This document shows positions 26,356 to 39,499 of a stretch of 64,000 nucleotides of DNA, in pieces. Source of the DNA: Octopus vulgaris (taxonomy: Eukaryota); assembly GCA_951406725.2 (NCBI GenBank), contig OX597822.1, positions 115,072,001 through 115,136,000 of the forward strand. Reading direction: 5' to 3'. Positions within the stretch are counted from its first letter, which is position 1; each line of letters begins with the position of its first letter. Below the pieces are notes generated by a model that searched no databases, was not told the origin of the DNA, and worked only from the letters and a program-made list of their open reading frames with translations. A program made the position numbers and the translations under genes.

Positions 26356-27114
26356 ATAAAGTTCGGCACTAGTGACGCCAAAATAGCCAAAATTCCGGAA
26401 CGAACACACCTAAGTATCTTACCCGACCTTCTAATATTTCCACAAATCTACTTGCATAGATGTGCGTATAATTTGTATTCGTCCTGAAAGAGTAAGGGCA
26501 AGGAGTGTCTCGTTTAGATTTGAACAGAGAATATAAAGCACCGGAAAAGAAACCCCATGGCTTTGTAATGGGATATCTTTTATTATTCTCTTGTTAATTT
26601 ATAAGATAGCAAAAAATAAACGCTAAGTGTGCCTCAGCTGGAGTTAAACATTGAATGTAAAGAACCGGATGAAAAACTTTGCCCTGCAAGCCTTGTTGTG
26701 CAAAGCATTGCAAATCCATGTCTTCGTGATTCCCATGTTAATTTATAAAATTGGTTCCATGTTTTCAGTAAGAATTCTTAACACTTGCCGGCGTTATTTC
26801 ATAATATTCGATATCTAGTTATATCTCTTTTCCTTTCATACATAATTTGGGGGAAATAGCCATTGGAACCATCTGCTGAGGCTGACATGATTAATGCCTA
26901 ACCTGGACATCCTCATGTCAATAGTTACAGCAAAAAAGTTAAAAGGATAGATTACTAGAATTTTGCTCGGTTTTGGCAGATTTTCCTAAAGGCAAAGACC
27001 AAGCAGCGTCGTTAAAACGAATGGTGTGTTAAGTCTATCATTTGACTATAAGACATGTTTGGTAGGTCACTGTCATTTTGGGATCACGGTGTTCTACATT
27101 ATTATGTCTTCCAC

Positions 27115-27330
27115 TTAGGGGCGAGCTGGTAGAATCGTTAGCACGCCGGGCAAAATGCTTTACGGTATTTCGCCTCTTTACACACTGAGTTCTAATTCCA
27201 CCGAGGTCGACTTTGCCTTTCTTCCTTTCGAGGTCAATAAAATGAGTACCAGTTGAGTACTGGGGTCGATGTAATCGACTTACTTCCTTCCTCTAAATTG
27301 CTGGCCTATACCAAAATTTGAAGCTAAGAT
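27115..27330 (+). mobile_element. Meta-like tRNA SINE
   Basis: gcgagctggtagaatcgttagcacgccggg...gtcgactttgcctttcttcctttcgaggtc. Confidence 0.85.
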
Positions 27331-28034
27331 TATGTTTTCGACTTGAATGGTTTGTAATACGCTTAATTTCCCTACAACGTTTAAAACTACGTACTATTCT
27401 CTCTGATCAAGTAATAGCTTCATTAAACATTGAATTTAGTTTTTTGTACTAATTACATTTTATGATTTTTCTAATTTCTGCTATTGCTATTTTTTTAATC
27501 TTTTAGTGAGGTCAATGCCAATGGCACTATACATGACCTCTGAGACAAGTAAGGTGAAAGAGGGTAAAATATCCTTAGACCAGAAACCTGATCTTAATGC
27601 TTACAACAGCGGGGACTCAGTTAAAAAGATCCAAGCAATCCATTAATCTTACTCCCCGAGTAAGCCATAGCGGCATTTTAAACTCAAAATGGAAACAGGA
27701 GAAAGCAGAATACGCAAGGTATCTGGTCCAGAGTCCCTATAGTTCTGCCAATGTTCTCTCTTTGATTGGTACTTTGTTATCGGGTCGTGAAACGATAACA
27801 GGCGAAATTTGAACACAAATGCAAAGAGTCAGAATAAGGCGAGCATTCTGTTTGACACTCTAACGTCTCCGCAATTTGGCCACGATGGGCCAAAAGTCAC
27901 GCACAATTTAAGTTGAACACGATGTAGTATTGCCAAGCATGCTTCAATTTTCTTCTGAAAATCAATAAAATAAATAAGATAATGATTAACACACACGTAC
28001 TTGTAAATGTTGAACAAAATGAATAATAACAATT

Positions 28035-28242
28035 TCAATTTTTTGGTATAAGGGCAGCAAGGGTAGGGGTTAAGTCGATTACATAGAACCCAGTAGTCAT
28101 TGTTTTATCGATTCCAACAGGATGAAAGACAATAACGGCCTTGGCGGAATTCGAACTAAGAACGTGAAGGCGGACGAGTTATTGCCAAGCATTTCCCCCG
28201 GCCTCTCGGCGTGCTAACGATTCTCCTAGCACACCGCCTTAA
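28035..28242 (-). mobile_element. Meta-like tRNA SINE (degenerate)
   Basis: Reverse complement of the family head: cgtgctaacgattct...ccgcctt. Confidence 0.7.
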
Positions 28243-28336
28243 CAACAACAATAATAATAACAACGTAATATAAATAGAATAATATGTTGGTACGTGATTT
28301 TTGGCCCACCTTGTACAATCATATTCACTGACTCAG

Positions 28337-28440
<104 letters not shown>

Positions 28441-29297
28441 ACGTTTGTATTCTTTAGTATCTGTATATATTTATGCACACTCGTATGACTGAATTACTGA
28501 GTATATACGCTGTACAGATGTATACACCTTTTTGTATCGCTGCATGATTGTATGTCTTCTTTTTATTTTCGCCAATCGGTTTCTAAATATTTATATATCT
28601 AAACTTTGCTTGCCCTTTTTTTATATTTTCCTAATTTTCATTTTTTTTTTTTAGTTTTTGTTTATTTTTATTTTCAGAGTACCATCAATACAAGATCCCT
28701 GTTCTTTAGTAATTGTTTTCTCTCTCAAATCGATATTCACATTGATTTCTCTGCAGTCACTGTAGTAGCATGCAGTCACTTTCAATGCATATATGAACAT
28801 TAACGGTTTCAATAGAGACATATCAACAGTAACAGCCTCAATAGAAGCATCAAAACAGTTTCAATTGACATATCAACAGTAAAGGCGATAGCGATTCACA
28901 TTGACCAATTTACTACATCGTCTGTACATGCTTTCATCTTTTACTGAGCGAAACAGTTGCTTTCCAGTTTTTCGAGGTGCGCTTATCATAAATCCCCGAA
29001 ACAACAAATCTAGCTTTGTTGATGTTATATCGCATGATATTCAGTTGTATGAGATACCAAAATAGTGGCATGTTTATAGACTGGTCACACTGAGTTTATG
29101 ACTACAATTGGTTACTTAACATTCTATCATCACTTTTGATTTTCTAATAAGTGTGACTGCTGCTTTTTTTTTTTTTTTTTTTAGTTGCCTGCATCAGTGG
29201 CCAGATACCACAGACAACCGTGCTATTTTTTTTTATTATTATACATTGTCTGCAAAACAGTAATTGAATCATAGTCCTTGTTGTTTTTATCATTATT

Positions 29298-31458
29298 AAG
29301 GCGGCGAAAGGCGACGAGCTGGCACACTTGTTAGCACGATGGACGAAATGTTTAGCAGTATTTCGCTCGTCGCTACGTTTTGAGTTCAAAAATCCGCCGC
29401 CGAGGTCGACTTTGCCTTTCATCCTTTCGGGGTCGATAAAATAAGTACCAGTTGAACACTGGGGTCGATGTAATCAGCTCATCCCCACCTCCCCCGAGCT
29501 GCCCTTGTGGAACAATTTGCAATAATTATTAAAGCGGCGAGCTGGCAGAATCGTTAGCACGCCGGGTAAGATGTCTATCGGCATTTTGTCCATCGTTCTG
29601 AGTTCAAATGCCGCTGAGGTCGACTCTGCCTTTCACCCTTTCGGGGGTCGATAAATTAAGTACCAGTGAAACACTGGGATCGATGTAGTTGATTATCCCC
29701 TCCCCAAACATTCAGGCTTTGTGCCTACAGTAGAAAGAATTATTATTATCATTACTGTAAGGCTACAAGTCGGCAAGCTAGCAGAATCGTTAGCACGCCG
29801 GACAAAATGCTTAGTGCCATTTCGTCCGTCTTTACGTTCTGAGTTCAAACTCAGCCGAGGTCGACTTTGCCTTTCATTCTTTCGGGGTCGATAAATTAAG
29901 TACCAGTTGCGTACTGGGGCCTATGTAATTGACTGGGCCCTGCCAGCCCACCAAAAAAATTCCAGGCCTTGTGCCTTTTGTAGAAAAGATTATTTTAAGG
30001 TGGCGAGCTGGCAGAAACGTTAGCACGCCGGGCGAAATGCGTAGCTGTATTTCGTCTGCCGTTACGTTCTGAGTTCAAATTCCGCCGAGGTCGACTTTGC
30101 CTTTCATCCTTTCGGGGTCGATAAAATATGTACCAGTTAAGTACTGGGGTCGAAGTAATCGACTTAACTCTCCCCCGAAATTGCTGGCCTAGTACCAAAA
30201 CTTGAAAACAATATTTCTGTCACTGTACTATCCATGTCTACTTCCGTAATATTATGGACGTCTGTACTATTATAAATTAAGTACCAGTGAAATTCAGTAG
30301 TCGATGTAATCGACAGGTCCCCTCCCCCAAAACTTCAGGCATTGTGCCTATAATGTCGTTTGTTCTTTCTCGAGCCGCGCCTGTTTCCTTGGAGTATAGA
30401 TTCCCCACCTGGACGGGACGCCGGTCCGTCACAGGTGAGATGTTAGTTGCAGGAGGAAAGAGTGAGAGAAAGTTGTGGCGGAGGAGTCAGCAGATGTTCA
30501 CCATTACCTTCTGGCGGAGCCACGTGGAGCTTAGGTGTTTCGCTCATAAACACACACATCACCCGGTCTAAGATTCGAACCCGCGATCCCTCGACCGCTG
30601 CTCTGACCACTAGGCCATGTGCCTCCACTGTGCCTATAATAGAAAGGAATATTTTAAGGCGGCGACTGGCAGAATCGTTAACACGCTGGAAAAAATCCTC
30701 AACGGCATTTCGTCCGTTTTTCCATTCTGAGTTCAAATTTCGCCAGGCCGACCGTGACTCTCATCCTTTCGGTGTCAATAAATTAAGTGTCAGTTGAATA
30801 CTGGGGTCAATGTAATCGACTAACCCCATCCCCCTAAATTTCTGGTCTTGTGCCTATAGTGGAAAATATTATTATTATCATTATTTTAAGTAGAATCGTT
30901 AGCACGACGGGCAAAATGCTTCGCAGCATTTCTTTCATATTCACGTTCTGAGTCCAAATTCCGCCGAGGTCAACTTTGCCTTTCATTCTTTCAGGGTCGA
31001 TGAAATGAGTACCAGTTACCAAAATTAAGGCCTTGTGACTTTAGCAGAAAGGATTATTTTAAGGCACCCCGGGCAAAACACTTCGCGGCATTTCGTCCCC
31101 ATTTACGTTCTGATTTCAAATTTCGTCAGGTAGACTTTGCGTTTAATTTTTTCGAGGTCGACATAACCAACTAGACTCCTTACCCCAAAATTTCAGGTCT
31201 TTTAACTACAGTAGAAATGATTATTTCTATCAAAGGCAGTGAGCTGATAGAATGGTTAGCACGCCGGGAAAATTTATTTTTAGCGGTATATTGCCTATCT
31301 TCATATTCTGAGTTCAAATTCTGCCGGGGTCGACTTTTCCTCTCACCCTTTCAGGATCGATGAATTAAGTACCAGTTGAGTACTAGTGTCAATGTAATCG
31401 ACTCACCCTTCCCCCAAAATTGCTGGCCTTGTGCCAAAATTTGAAATCATTATTATTA
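29298..31458 (+). repeat. Head-to-tail array of about 9-10 diverged Meta-like tRNA SINE units joined by short (ATT)n
   Basis: The unit aaggcggcgagctggcagaatcgttagcacg...gtcgactttgcctttcatcctttcggggtcgataaa...gccttgtgcc...attatt starts at about 29298, 29531, 29759, 29997, 30275 (partial), 30656, 30888, 31061 and 31232. Confidence 0.9.
30355..30628 (-). mobile_element. tRNA SINE (related to 26058-26355) nested in the array, 12-bp TSD
   Basis: TSD TGTGCCTATAAT at 30343-30354 and 30629-30640. Shares ggagcttaggtgtttcgctcataaacacac with the 26.2-kb copy. Confidence 0.85.
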
Positions 31459-32444
31459 ACCTCTTGACATATTTTCCCGTATATTTTCGTTCAGTGGTGT
31501 CTGGTAAATATGTATTTGAACGAAAATGTACGTTCACTGCACTCTGGGGTATATGTCACTTATTTCTAACTCGAAATACTTCGTTCATGATGCTGTTCCC
31601 GTTTTCTATCTTTTAACTATCAGTAACTACCATTTCTAACAGTAATTTCATAATAAATCATAACTGATCCAAACACGGAAAGCAAAGGTACCAGGGGACA
31701 GGTATTTTGCCACTGCATTGTGCAAAGCATCCAAGTTGTGGCCACTTGAAGGCTTAGATTTCTCTCTTACTCTATTACTGCCTTCAGTCCTTCGGCTTTG
31801 GACATTCTCATGCTTCTCCATTATTTTCAAAAGACTTCTTTTTATTTCTTGCAAACTGTTATTCAAAGAAATAATTCGTTTTCAACCAGTTTTATTTATT
31901 ACTTTGCTAAATATTTCTATATGGCACTCTTCCTATATTTCTAATGTTCTTATAATATTCCTTAAATATTTTAACGCTTTTTTATTCAATGTTACTCTCC
32001 TCGGAATATATTAGTTAATCTTAAGAAATTCCTCCCTTTTGTACTTCTGATAATTTAAGCAAATTTTGTGTATTATTTTAGTTGATCTTGGATGAAGCTC
32101 TTCCTCGAGGGTGTGTCACTTATTTTGCAGATGACAATTATATCTGGTTAATTAATTAGTTACAGTTTCGATAATACCGTTGTTTTCTCTAGATATCTTC
32201 TACTGATGTAGTAGAATACAACTAAAAAAGATTTATTGACAGTAGAGTGCCGGACGAAAAGCCCCGCAGTAGTTAATTACGTATTTTCATGTTCTGAATT
32301 TAAATCTCGCCAATCGATAAAATAAAGTACGGCCAAGAAGTGGGATCAGTTTAATTGACTATACAGCTCTCTTAGAAAAAAGTGACCTTGACTAAAGTTT
32401 AAAATAATATTAATGATAACAGTAATAATAACTGTTATTATTAC

Positions 32445-32925
32445 TGAGTGAGCGAGCAGTGCATGCCATCAAGGTGACACTGGTTTACAAATATATGAAG
32501 CCCATTATACCCATGATGACTACCCGTCTGATAAGGGTACGCCAGGCCCATGCATCACGACCATATGTGCGAGACATGGTGACCTTGTATCAAGATAACT
32601 GCGCATGACCTTGCAGGTGGGGTCCAGTTAGAATGTTCTTCTTTCTGGTCGAGTAGCCCATCCCGCTCAAAAGGTCCCTGAATAAGGATTGTTTAAGGAT
32701 ATTGAACGAAACACCCATGTTCCCAGAGGTGAATTATCCAAACCCCAAATAATTCCTCTCAGCACATAAACATGATGCTCTCCCACTACTTCTGCTCGTG
32801 ATCAGAGATGCACGTATCGCCAGCCACTAAGGGACATACTCAACTGGTTACGCTCAAACAACCGACAAGCAAATCTGTAGTACTGAGCAGAATATTTGCT
32901 GTAGTCCATATTTTATACCATTATT

Positions 32926-32969
<44 letters not shown>

Positions 32970-33075
32970 CCCTTATTACAGCCCCTATTTGTTCCATGTA
33001 CATCTCAAGATTTTTACTCACTGTTCCCTGGGCTCCTACAATTATTGGTACTACTACTACCTTTTTCAGCGACCA
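32445..33075 (-). mobile_element. R4/Dong-type 3' end (RLE C-terminus + 3' UTR) split by a (CAT)n run
   Basis: WSLKKVVVVPIIVGAQGTVSKNLEMYMEQIG...TAKILL, then the 3' UTR ending at a TAA-type tail near 32440. Confidence 0.75.
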
Positions 33076-34887
33076 CAACTAATTTGTTGTATTCGGAATT
33101 CACTTAGACATTCCTTTGCCTGTTTTGTTGCTGAGTATGATGCTTTCTTGTTTTCATGTTTTGAGACAGGTTTTAACATCCAGTCCTCAGACTTTTTCAG
33201 GTAGGTGTCTAAGCCAATTGTAGCAACCTTCATTGCTATTGCCAGTTGTAAAAGCCCACGGCCTCCCTCTTTTCTTGGTAGATAAAGTCGATCTATATCT
33301 GCCTTAGGGTGGTGCATTCTATGCATTGTCAACAGTTTTCGTATTTTTCTGTCAAGCTGACATATTTCAGTAATTGACCAGTTTACAATGTTGAAACTGT
33401 AAGTCACGACAGGTATGGCTAAAGCATTGATCGCTTCGATCCTGTTTCTTGCATTCAACTCTGTCTTGAGTATTGCTCTTACTCTACGATAACATTCTCT
33501 CCTGATCCTTTCCTTCATCACTGAATGCCTTATTCTATCCCCTTTCAATTACCCCTAGGTACTTGTAGCTCTCCGCTGGGTCTAACTCTTTTATGACATT
33601 CTGCTGGTCGAGGTAAACGTTAACTGTTTCTGTCATTTTTCCTTTGATAAAGGTAACTTTTGCACACTTATCGAGGCCAAATTGCATTCTGATGTCATCG
33701 CTGAACTGTTTAACAATCGTTAGTAAGCCCTTGAGTTGTTGGTCATTTTTTGCAAAAAGCTTTAAATCATCCATGTAAACGAGATGATTTATATTTTTAT
33801 CCAACATTTTATATCCGTACTGTGCGTCATTGAGCAATTTTGAGAGAGGTTTTAAGGCTAAACAAAAGAGGAGTGGTGACAGTGAGTCACCCTGGAAAAT
33901 GCCACACGAAATTTTTACATCACCAGCATTTAGAGATTCATTGTCACTGTTCAGAGTTAGTGTGGTTCTCCATGATCTCATACTTACAGTGAAAAAGTTT
34001 CGCAGAGTAGGTGCTATCTTATACATTTCCAGGCATTTCATAATCCAGCAATGTGGTAGGCTATCAAAGGCCTTTTTATAGTCTATCCAGGCTATTGATA
34101 AGTTTTTGTGTCGTTTGTGACAATCTTCTAAGATCATCTTATTGATGAGTAGTTGGTCTTTACAGCCGTAGGATCCACGTTTACATCCTTTCTGTTCATT
34201 AGGGAATATGCTGCTGTCTGTTAAAAAACTATTAGTATATTCCGTCAGGATAGATGTTAGCGTTTTATACATAGTTGTTAAGCAGGTTTTGGGTCTAAAG
34301 CTTTTTGGTTCATTTGTTTCTTCACTTTTTGGGAGCAAGAGTGTTAAACTTTTAACAAGCCAAGCAGGCATCCTACTAGGGTGTTGCAAAACATCATTGT
34401 AAAGTTCTGTTAGCAGTTCATGGCTTTCTGGGAAGGCAATCAGCCAGAAGTTAGGAATCTTATCCTTTCCTGGAGACTTCCATTTGCTTGACCTCCTGAG
34501 AGCAGATCTTACATCTTCTACCTTGACACCCTCCCACTTTTATTCCTCTAAGGAGTACAAAGTCCGTAGCTATTCTGTCAATCCAAGGGGCCTTTTCGTT
34601 GTGTTTTTTCTTCTGCCCAAATTTTATTCCAAACACTGTGAACGTCGTCTTTTGATGGTACAGACTTTATAGTAACTGGTGTTTTTCCTATCTTCCTGTA
34701 AAAATTTTTAGGGTTATTTTTGAACATGTTGTTTTTGAAGAATCTAACATGCTTTTCATACCTCGCTATGCGGGCAGCTTTAGCAGATACCTTTTGCTTG
34801 ATGGTTTCTATGGTGGCATCAATATCAAGTATAGTTTTCATACATTTTTTCTTTAATTTTGGGGTTTTTGTAGGTTTGGTAGTCTTG
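33076..34887 (-). mobile_element. R4/Dong-clade non-LTR retrotransposon RT region (frameshifted)
   Basis: ORFs 34578-34967, 33535-34389 and 33066-33548: EQKGCKRGSYGCKDQLLIN, WIDYKKAFDS, GIFQGDSLSPLLF, HLVYMDDLKL, YKYLG and RLYLPRKEGGRGL. Confidence 0.92.
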
Positions 34888-34908
34888 TTGTTATTATTAT
34901 TATTATTA

Positions 34909-36548
34909 TGTTTTTTCCTTCTTTCTTCAAATTTTCTTCCGTTTCTCGCCGAGTGTTTTCCATACACCTAGGGCAGAGAAGTTCATTGTATACATTCCCA
35001 GATTACACACGCAAATTCACAGATAAAATATGTATTTAAAAATTAATAAATAAATAAATTCATGGATGGATGTTGTTTTCACAGTGATAATGCCCTTCTC
35101 AGTACATGAGCCGTTCCAGTTAATACGATTTTTTGCACTTCCTGTACGGATGGTAAGCCTGGAATCATTTTCAAATAGGTTTCAGTACCTTTTTTTATCA
35201 TTCCTAGAGATACAACAATCACTGGTACTGTAGTCGCCTTGAGATGCCACATTCTTTCTATTTCTATTAGCAAGTCTATATATTTACTAATCTTGTCAAA
35301 TTCTTTCGCTGCTCAATCTGGTGGGTATCTACGAGATCAGCAGCGAATTTTTTGCTCTCTTTGAGAATAGAGTGAAGTCTTTTCAGTCTTTTATGTTTTT
35401 CAACGAGTTTTAGCATCCAATCGTTGGTTGCTTTAAGGTATTTGGCCAGTCCGATTGTGGTGGTTTTGTATGTAAGTTCAAGCTGGATCAAACCTCGACC
35501 TCCTTGAGCTCTGGGAAGGTAAAGGCGATCCACGTCTGCCTTTGGATGGTGCATCTTATTACAAGGCAGTAACTTGCGGATTTTTCTGTCAATTTTCATT
35601 ATTTCACTGGTATTCCAGTTAAGAACATTGAAGCTATAAAGAACAACTGGTACTGCTAAGGAATTTATATTATATGCATTCAGCTCAGACTTCAGGACTG
35701 CTCGAACACTTATATAACATTTCTTCTTAACCTTCTCTTTCTAGCGTGCATGCTGCATACCAGAGCCTTCATTTATTCCTAGGTATTTATAGGTTTGTTC
35801 CTGCTCAAGTTCCTTTATTACTGTTTCGACATCTAATTCGATTGAACTAGACTTTACCAATTTCCCTTTCTTAAAAGTGGCTTTGGCACACTTTTCAAGG
35901 CCAAACTCCATCCCGATATCATCACTGAATCCTTTCACAGTATGTAATAATCCTTCAAGCTCTTCATCATCTTTGCCATATAACTTTAAATCATCCATAT
36001 AAAATAGATGGCTTATTTTCCTGTTGTCAATTTTGTAGCCATATCCTGTTCTGTTCAGTTCACTTGAGAGTGGTATTAGTGCTATGCAGAGAATTAGTGG
36101 TGAAAGTGAGTCACCTTGGAAAATTCCACAGTTTATGCTAATGTTGTTTGAGCGCAATACTCCATTAGAATGATATAATTGGAGCTTCGTGTTCCATAGT
36201 GACATATTATACTTTAAAAAATCTGAAATCACAGGAGAAATTTTGAAAATGTCCAGCGATTTCGGAATCCACGAATGTGGTATGCTGTCAAAGGCTTTTT
36301 TATAATCAATCCATGAAGAGCTGAGATTTCTGCGCTTGTTATGGCAGTTCTCAAGGATCATGCGATTAATTAGGAGCTGATCTTTGCATCCGTATGAGCC
36401 TCGTCTGCATCCTTTTTGTTCAGTGGGAAAGAAATTATTCTCTTCCATAAACGTATATCTTTTGTCTACTAGAATAGATGTCAAAATCTTATAGGTTGTA
36501 GATAAACATGTTATAGGCCGGTAGTTTTTGGGTCTTTCGTTTTGTTAT
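34909..36548 (-). mobile_element. R4/Dong-clade element: RT joined directly to the RLE C-terminus and 3' UTR, (TAA)n tail
   Basis: ORFs 35741-36484 (YMDD), 35276-35599 and 35079-35273 (EIERMWHLK...QKIVLTGTAHVLRRALSL). The CCHC region is absent at the ~35310 junction. Confidence 0.9.
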
Positions 36549-36563
36549 TTTTGGGGAGGAGGT

Positions 36564-36611
<48 letters not shown>

Positions 36612-36637
36612 TATAATTATTATTATTATTATTATTA

Positions 36638-36671
<34 letters not shown>

Positions 36672-36672
36672 T

Positions 36673-37165
36673 TTCTTTTTCTTCTTTCAAATTTTCTTCC
36701 ATTTCTTGCCGAGTGTCTTCCCGACTCTTAGGGCAAAGAAACTCATAGTGTATATTGGTAGGCCATTAAATCAAACTCAGTAGTTCGTTCATTTTAAAAA
36801 AAAATTTTTTTTTTTAAAGTTAAATTAAAATACATGAGCAGCAACAGTTCTCACATCGACAATGCTCTTCTCAATACGTGTGATGTACCAGCTAAGACAA
36901 TCTTTTGCACTTCTTGCAGGGATGGTAAGCCAGGGATCATTCGCATATAATTTTCGGTTCCCTTCTTGATCATTCCTAGTGCTCCTACGATCACTGGTAT
37001 TGTAACCGCCTTGAGATGCCACATTTTCTCAATTTCAATGAGTAGGTCTTTATATTTTCTGAGCTTGTCAAACTCTTTCGCTGAGATATTATGATCACAG
37101 GGGATGCTCATGTCGATCAATAAGCAAACTTTATTGTTTTGGTCTTTCACAACAATATCTGGTTT
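36673..37165 (-). mobile_element. 5'-truncated R4/Dong 3' end between (TAA)n tracts
   Basis: KPDIVVKDQNNKVCLLIDMSIPCD...KLRKYKDLLIEIEKMW (RLE PD-D motif). Same family as 42908-43283. Confidence 0.9.
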
Positions 37166-37196
37166 ATTATTATTATTAATATTAATATTATTATTA

Positions 37197-37236
<40 letters not shown>

Positions 37237-37237
<1 letters not shown>

Positions 37238-37640
37238 GGCGGCGAGCTGGCAGAAACGTTAGCACGCCGGGCGAAATGTTTAGCAGTATTTCGTCTGTCG
37301 CTACGTTCTGAGTTCAAATTCCGCCGGGTCGACTTTACCTTTCATCCTTTCGGGGTCGATAAACTAAGTACCAGTTACGCACTGGGGATCGATGTAATTG
37401 ACTTAATCCGTTTGTGTGTCCTTGTTTGTCCCCTCTGTGTTTAGCCCCTTGTGGGTAATAAAGAAATAGGTATTTCGTCTGCCGCTACGTTGTGAGTTCA
37501 AATTCCGCCGATGTAGACTTTGCCTTTTCATCATTTCGAGGTTGATAAATTAAGCACCAGTTGCGTACTGGGGTCGATATAATCGACTGGGCCCCTCCCC
37601 AAATATTTTAGGCCTTGTGTCTAGAGTAGAAAAGAAATTA
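37237..37640 (+). mobile_element. Meta-like tRNA SINE plus partial tandem copy inside (ATT)n
   Basis: Full head at 37237; a second unit restarts at gtatttcgtctgccgctacg (~37470). Confidence 0.88.
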
Positions 37641-37646
37641 TTATTA

Positions 37647-37678
<32 letters not shown>

Positions 37679-38644
37679 CTCATTGATAAGAGTAGTAGTA
37701 GTAGTAGTAGTAGTAGTTATGCTTTATGGAATTTTACTCTTTTACTGGTCTCCGTCTTTCGGTCTGAGGCATTTTATTGCGTCTCTTTTGTTTCGACAAT
37801 GCTTTTAAATTTTTCAGAAAACTTTTGCCCTTTTACAAACTTGTTTTACATTTTTCAACTAGTTTTATTCATTTGTTTGATAAATATTTCCCCCTGCTCT
37901 CCGTTCATTATTTCTTATGTTAATATATTTCTAAGATGTTCTGACATTTTTTCTCTTATGATAGTCTCATCTCTCTGGAATAGTTGATAATCTTAAGAAC
38001 TCATCGTCTTTGTACTTTAAGCAAATTTTCTGTGCGTTATTGTGCTTGATCTGGGATTAAGTGCATATGTTCTTCCTCAAGGGTATGCCAATTATTTTTC
38101 ATTCGACAATTATAACTAGTTAATTAATTAGTTACAGTTTCAATGATATGTCTTCTCTGAATATCTCTACTCTTCCAATGGATTGCTGCTAGAAAAAGAT
38201 TTACAGATAGTAGAGCGTTGAATAAAAAGCCTTGCAATAGTAATTTCCTTCCTGGTTTCAATTCTCTTATTTCTGTTCTTTATCTAACATGACACTGAAT
38301 CTCATTAATTTGTCCTTCCTAAAGTCGTCGAGCGGGTAGAACGCTTAGCGTGTTGGAAAATTGATTAGCAGCATTTCTTCCAGTTCTTTACGTTCTAAGC
38401 TAAATTTTGATCGCACCAGGATTTGAACTTAGATAAAGCTGACCTCAACAAGTCAGATTTGCCTTTCATTCTTTTGAGGTCGATAAAATAATTAATGGGG
38501 CTAATCGATGTAATCGACTAGCCCCCCTCCCCCACTGGCGTTATGCCAAAATTAGAATTATCTTGTCCATCTTCAATGGTGCGTTGACGCATTTTTCTCA
38601 GCCAAATTTCATATTAAATCCTTTCGTGTTCTGTGTATATTGTG

Positions 38645-38945
38645 AAGACAGATGGCTTAATGGTTAGGGTATTTGGCTCACGATCGTAAGACCATGAGTT
38701 CAATCCCTGGCGACGTGTTGTATCCTTGAGCAAGACACGTTATTTCAAGTTGCTCCAGTCCATCAGCTGGTAAAATGAGTAGCACCTGTTTTTCAAAGGG
38801 CCAGCCTGGTCCCATTGTGTGTCACGCTGAATCTCCTAGGAACTATGTTAAGGGTGCACGTGTCTGTGCAGTGCTCAGCCACTTGCGCGTTAATTTCACG
38901 AGCAGGCGATTCCGTTGAACGGATCAACTGGAACCTTCGTCGTCT
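38645..38945 (+). mobile_element. tRNA-derived SINE, third family (also at 47025-47320 minus and 57475-57745 minus)
   Basis: tggcttaatggttaggg...gagttcaatccc...ccttgagcaagacac...gatcaactggaaccttcgtcg. Homologous minus-strand copies are visible. Confidence 0.8.
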
Positions 38946-39274
38946 GTGTATATTGTCTGTAACAGATTTTTCGTTGGTTATCATCTGCTACCAACAATTT
39001 GAAGTTATCCATATAAAAGATGAATGATTGTTTTCTTGTAGATAATTCTCTTAGTCTAGTCTCGTTTCGCATTGTTATTAAAATCGTTCAAACAAAGGGA
39101 ACACGAGTGGTGAGAGAATATATATATAGTAGCATAGTCGTGGGTTCAAAGAGGCCGGCAATTTTATTACTGATATTAGTGATAGAAAATGGAGCGGGAA
39201 AACAATGGGAGAAACCATTGATAATTTATCAGCCATCGAGTAAATATATACCCATAGACAGAATAGAAAGACAA

Positions 39275-39468
39275 AGTCTGGTATATGGGAAAAGGAACAA
39301 ATCGATTACATCGAACCAGTGACCAGCTGGTATATATTTGGTCAACCCCAAGAGGATGGAAAGCAAAATCTATCTGGGCGGAATTTGAACACAGGACGTA
39401 AGGCAGACGAAGTGCCGCTAAGCATTTTGTCTGGCGTGCTAACGATTCTGCCTGCTCGCCGCCCTTCC

Positions 39469-39499
<31 letters not shown>

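Noticed and set aside
29298-31458. CRISPR-like or satellite array
   Set aside because: Units are ~200-230-bp diverged tRNA-SINE copies with no unique spacers or cas genes, in a eukaryotic context.
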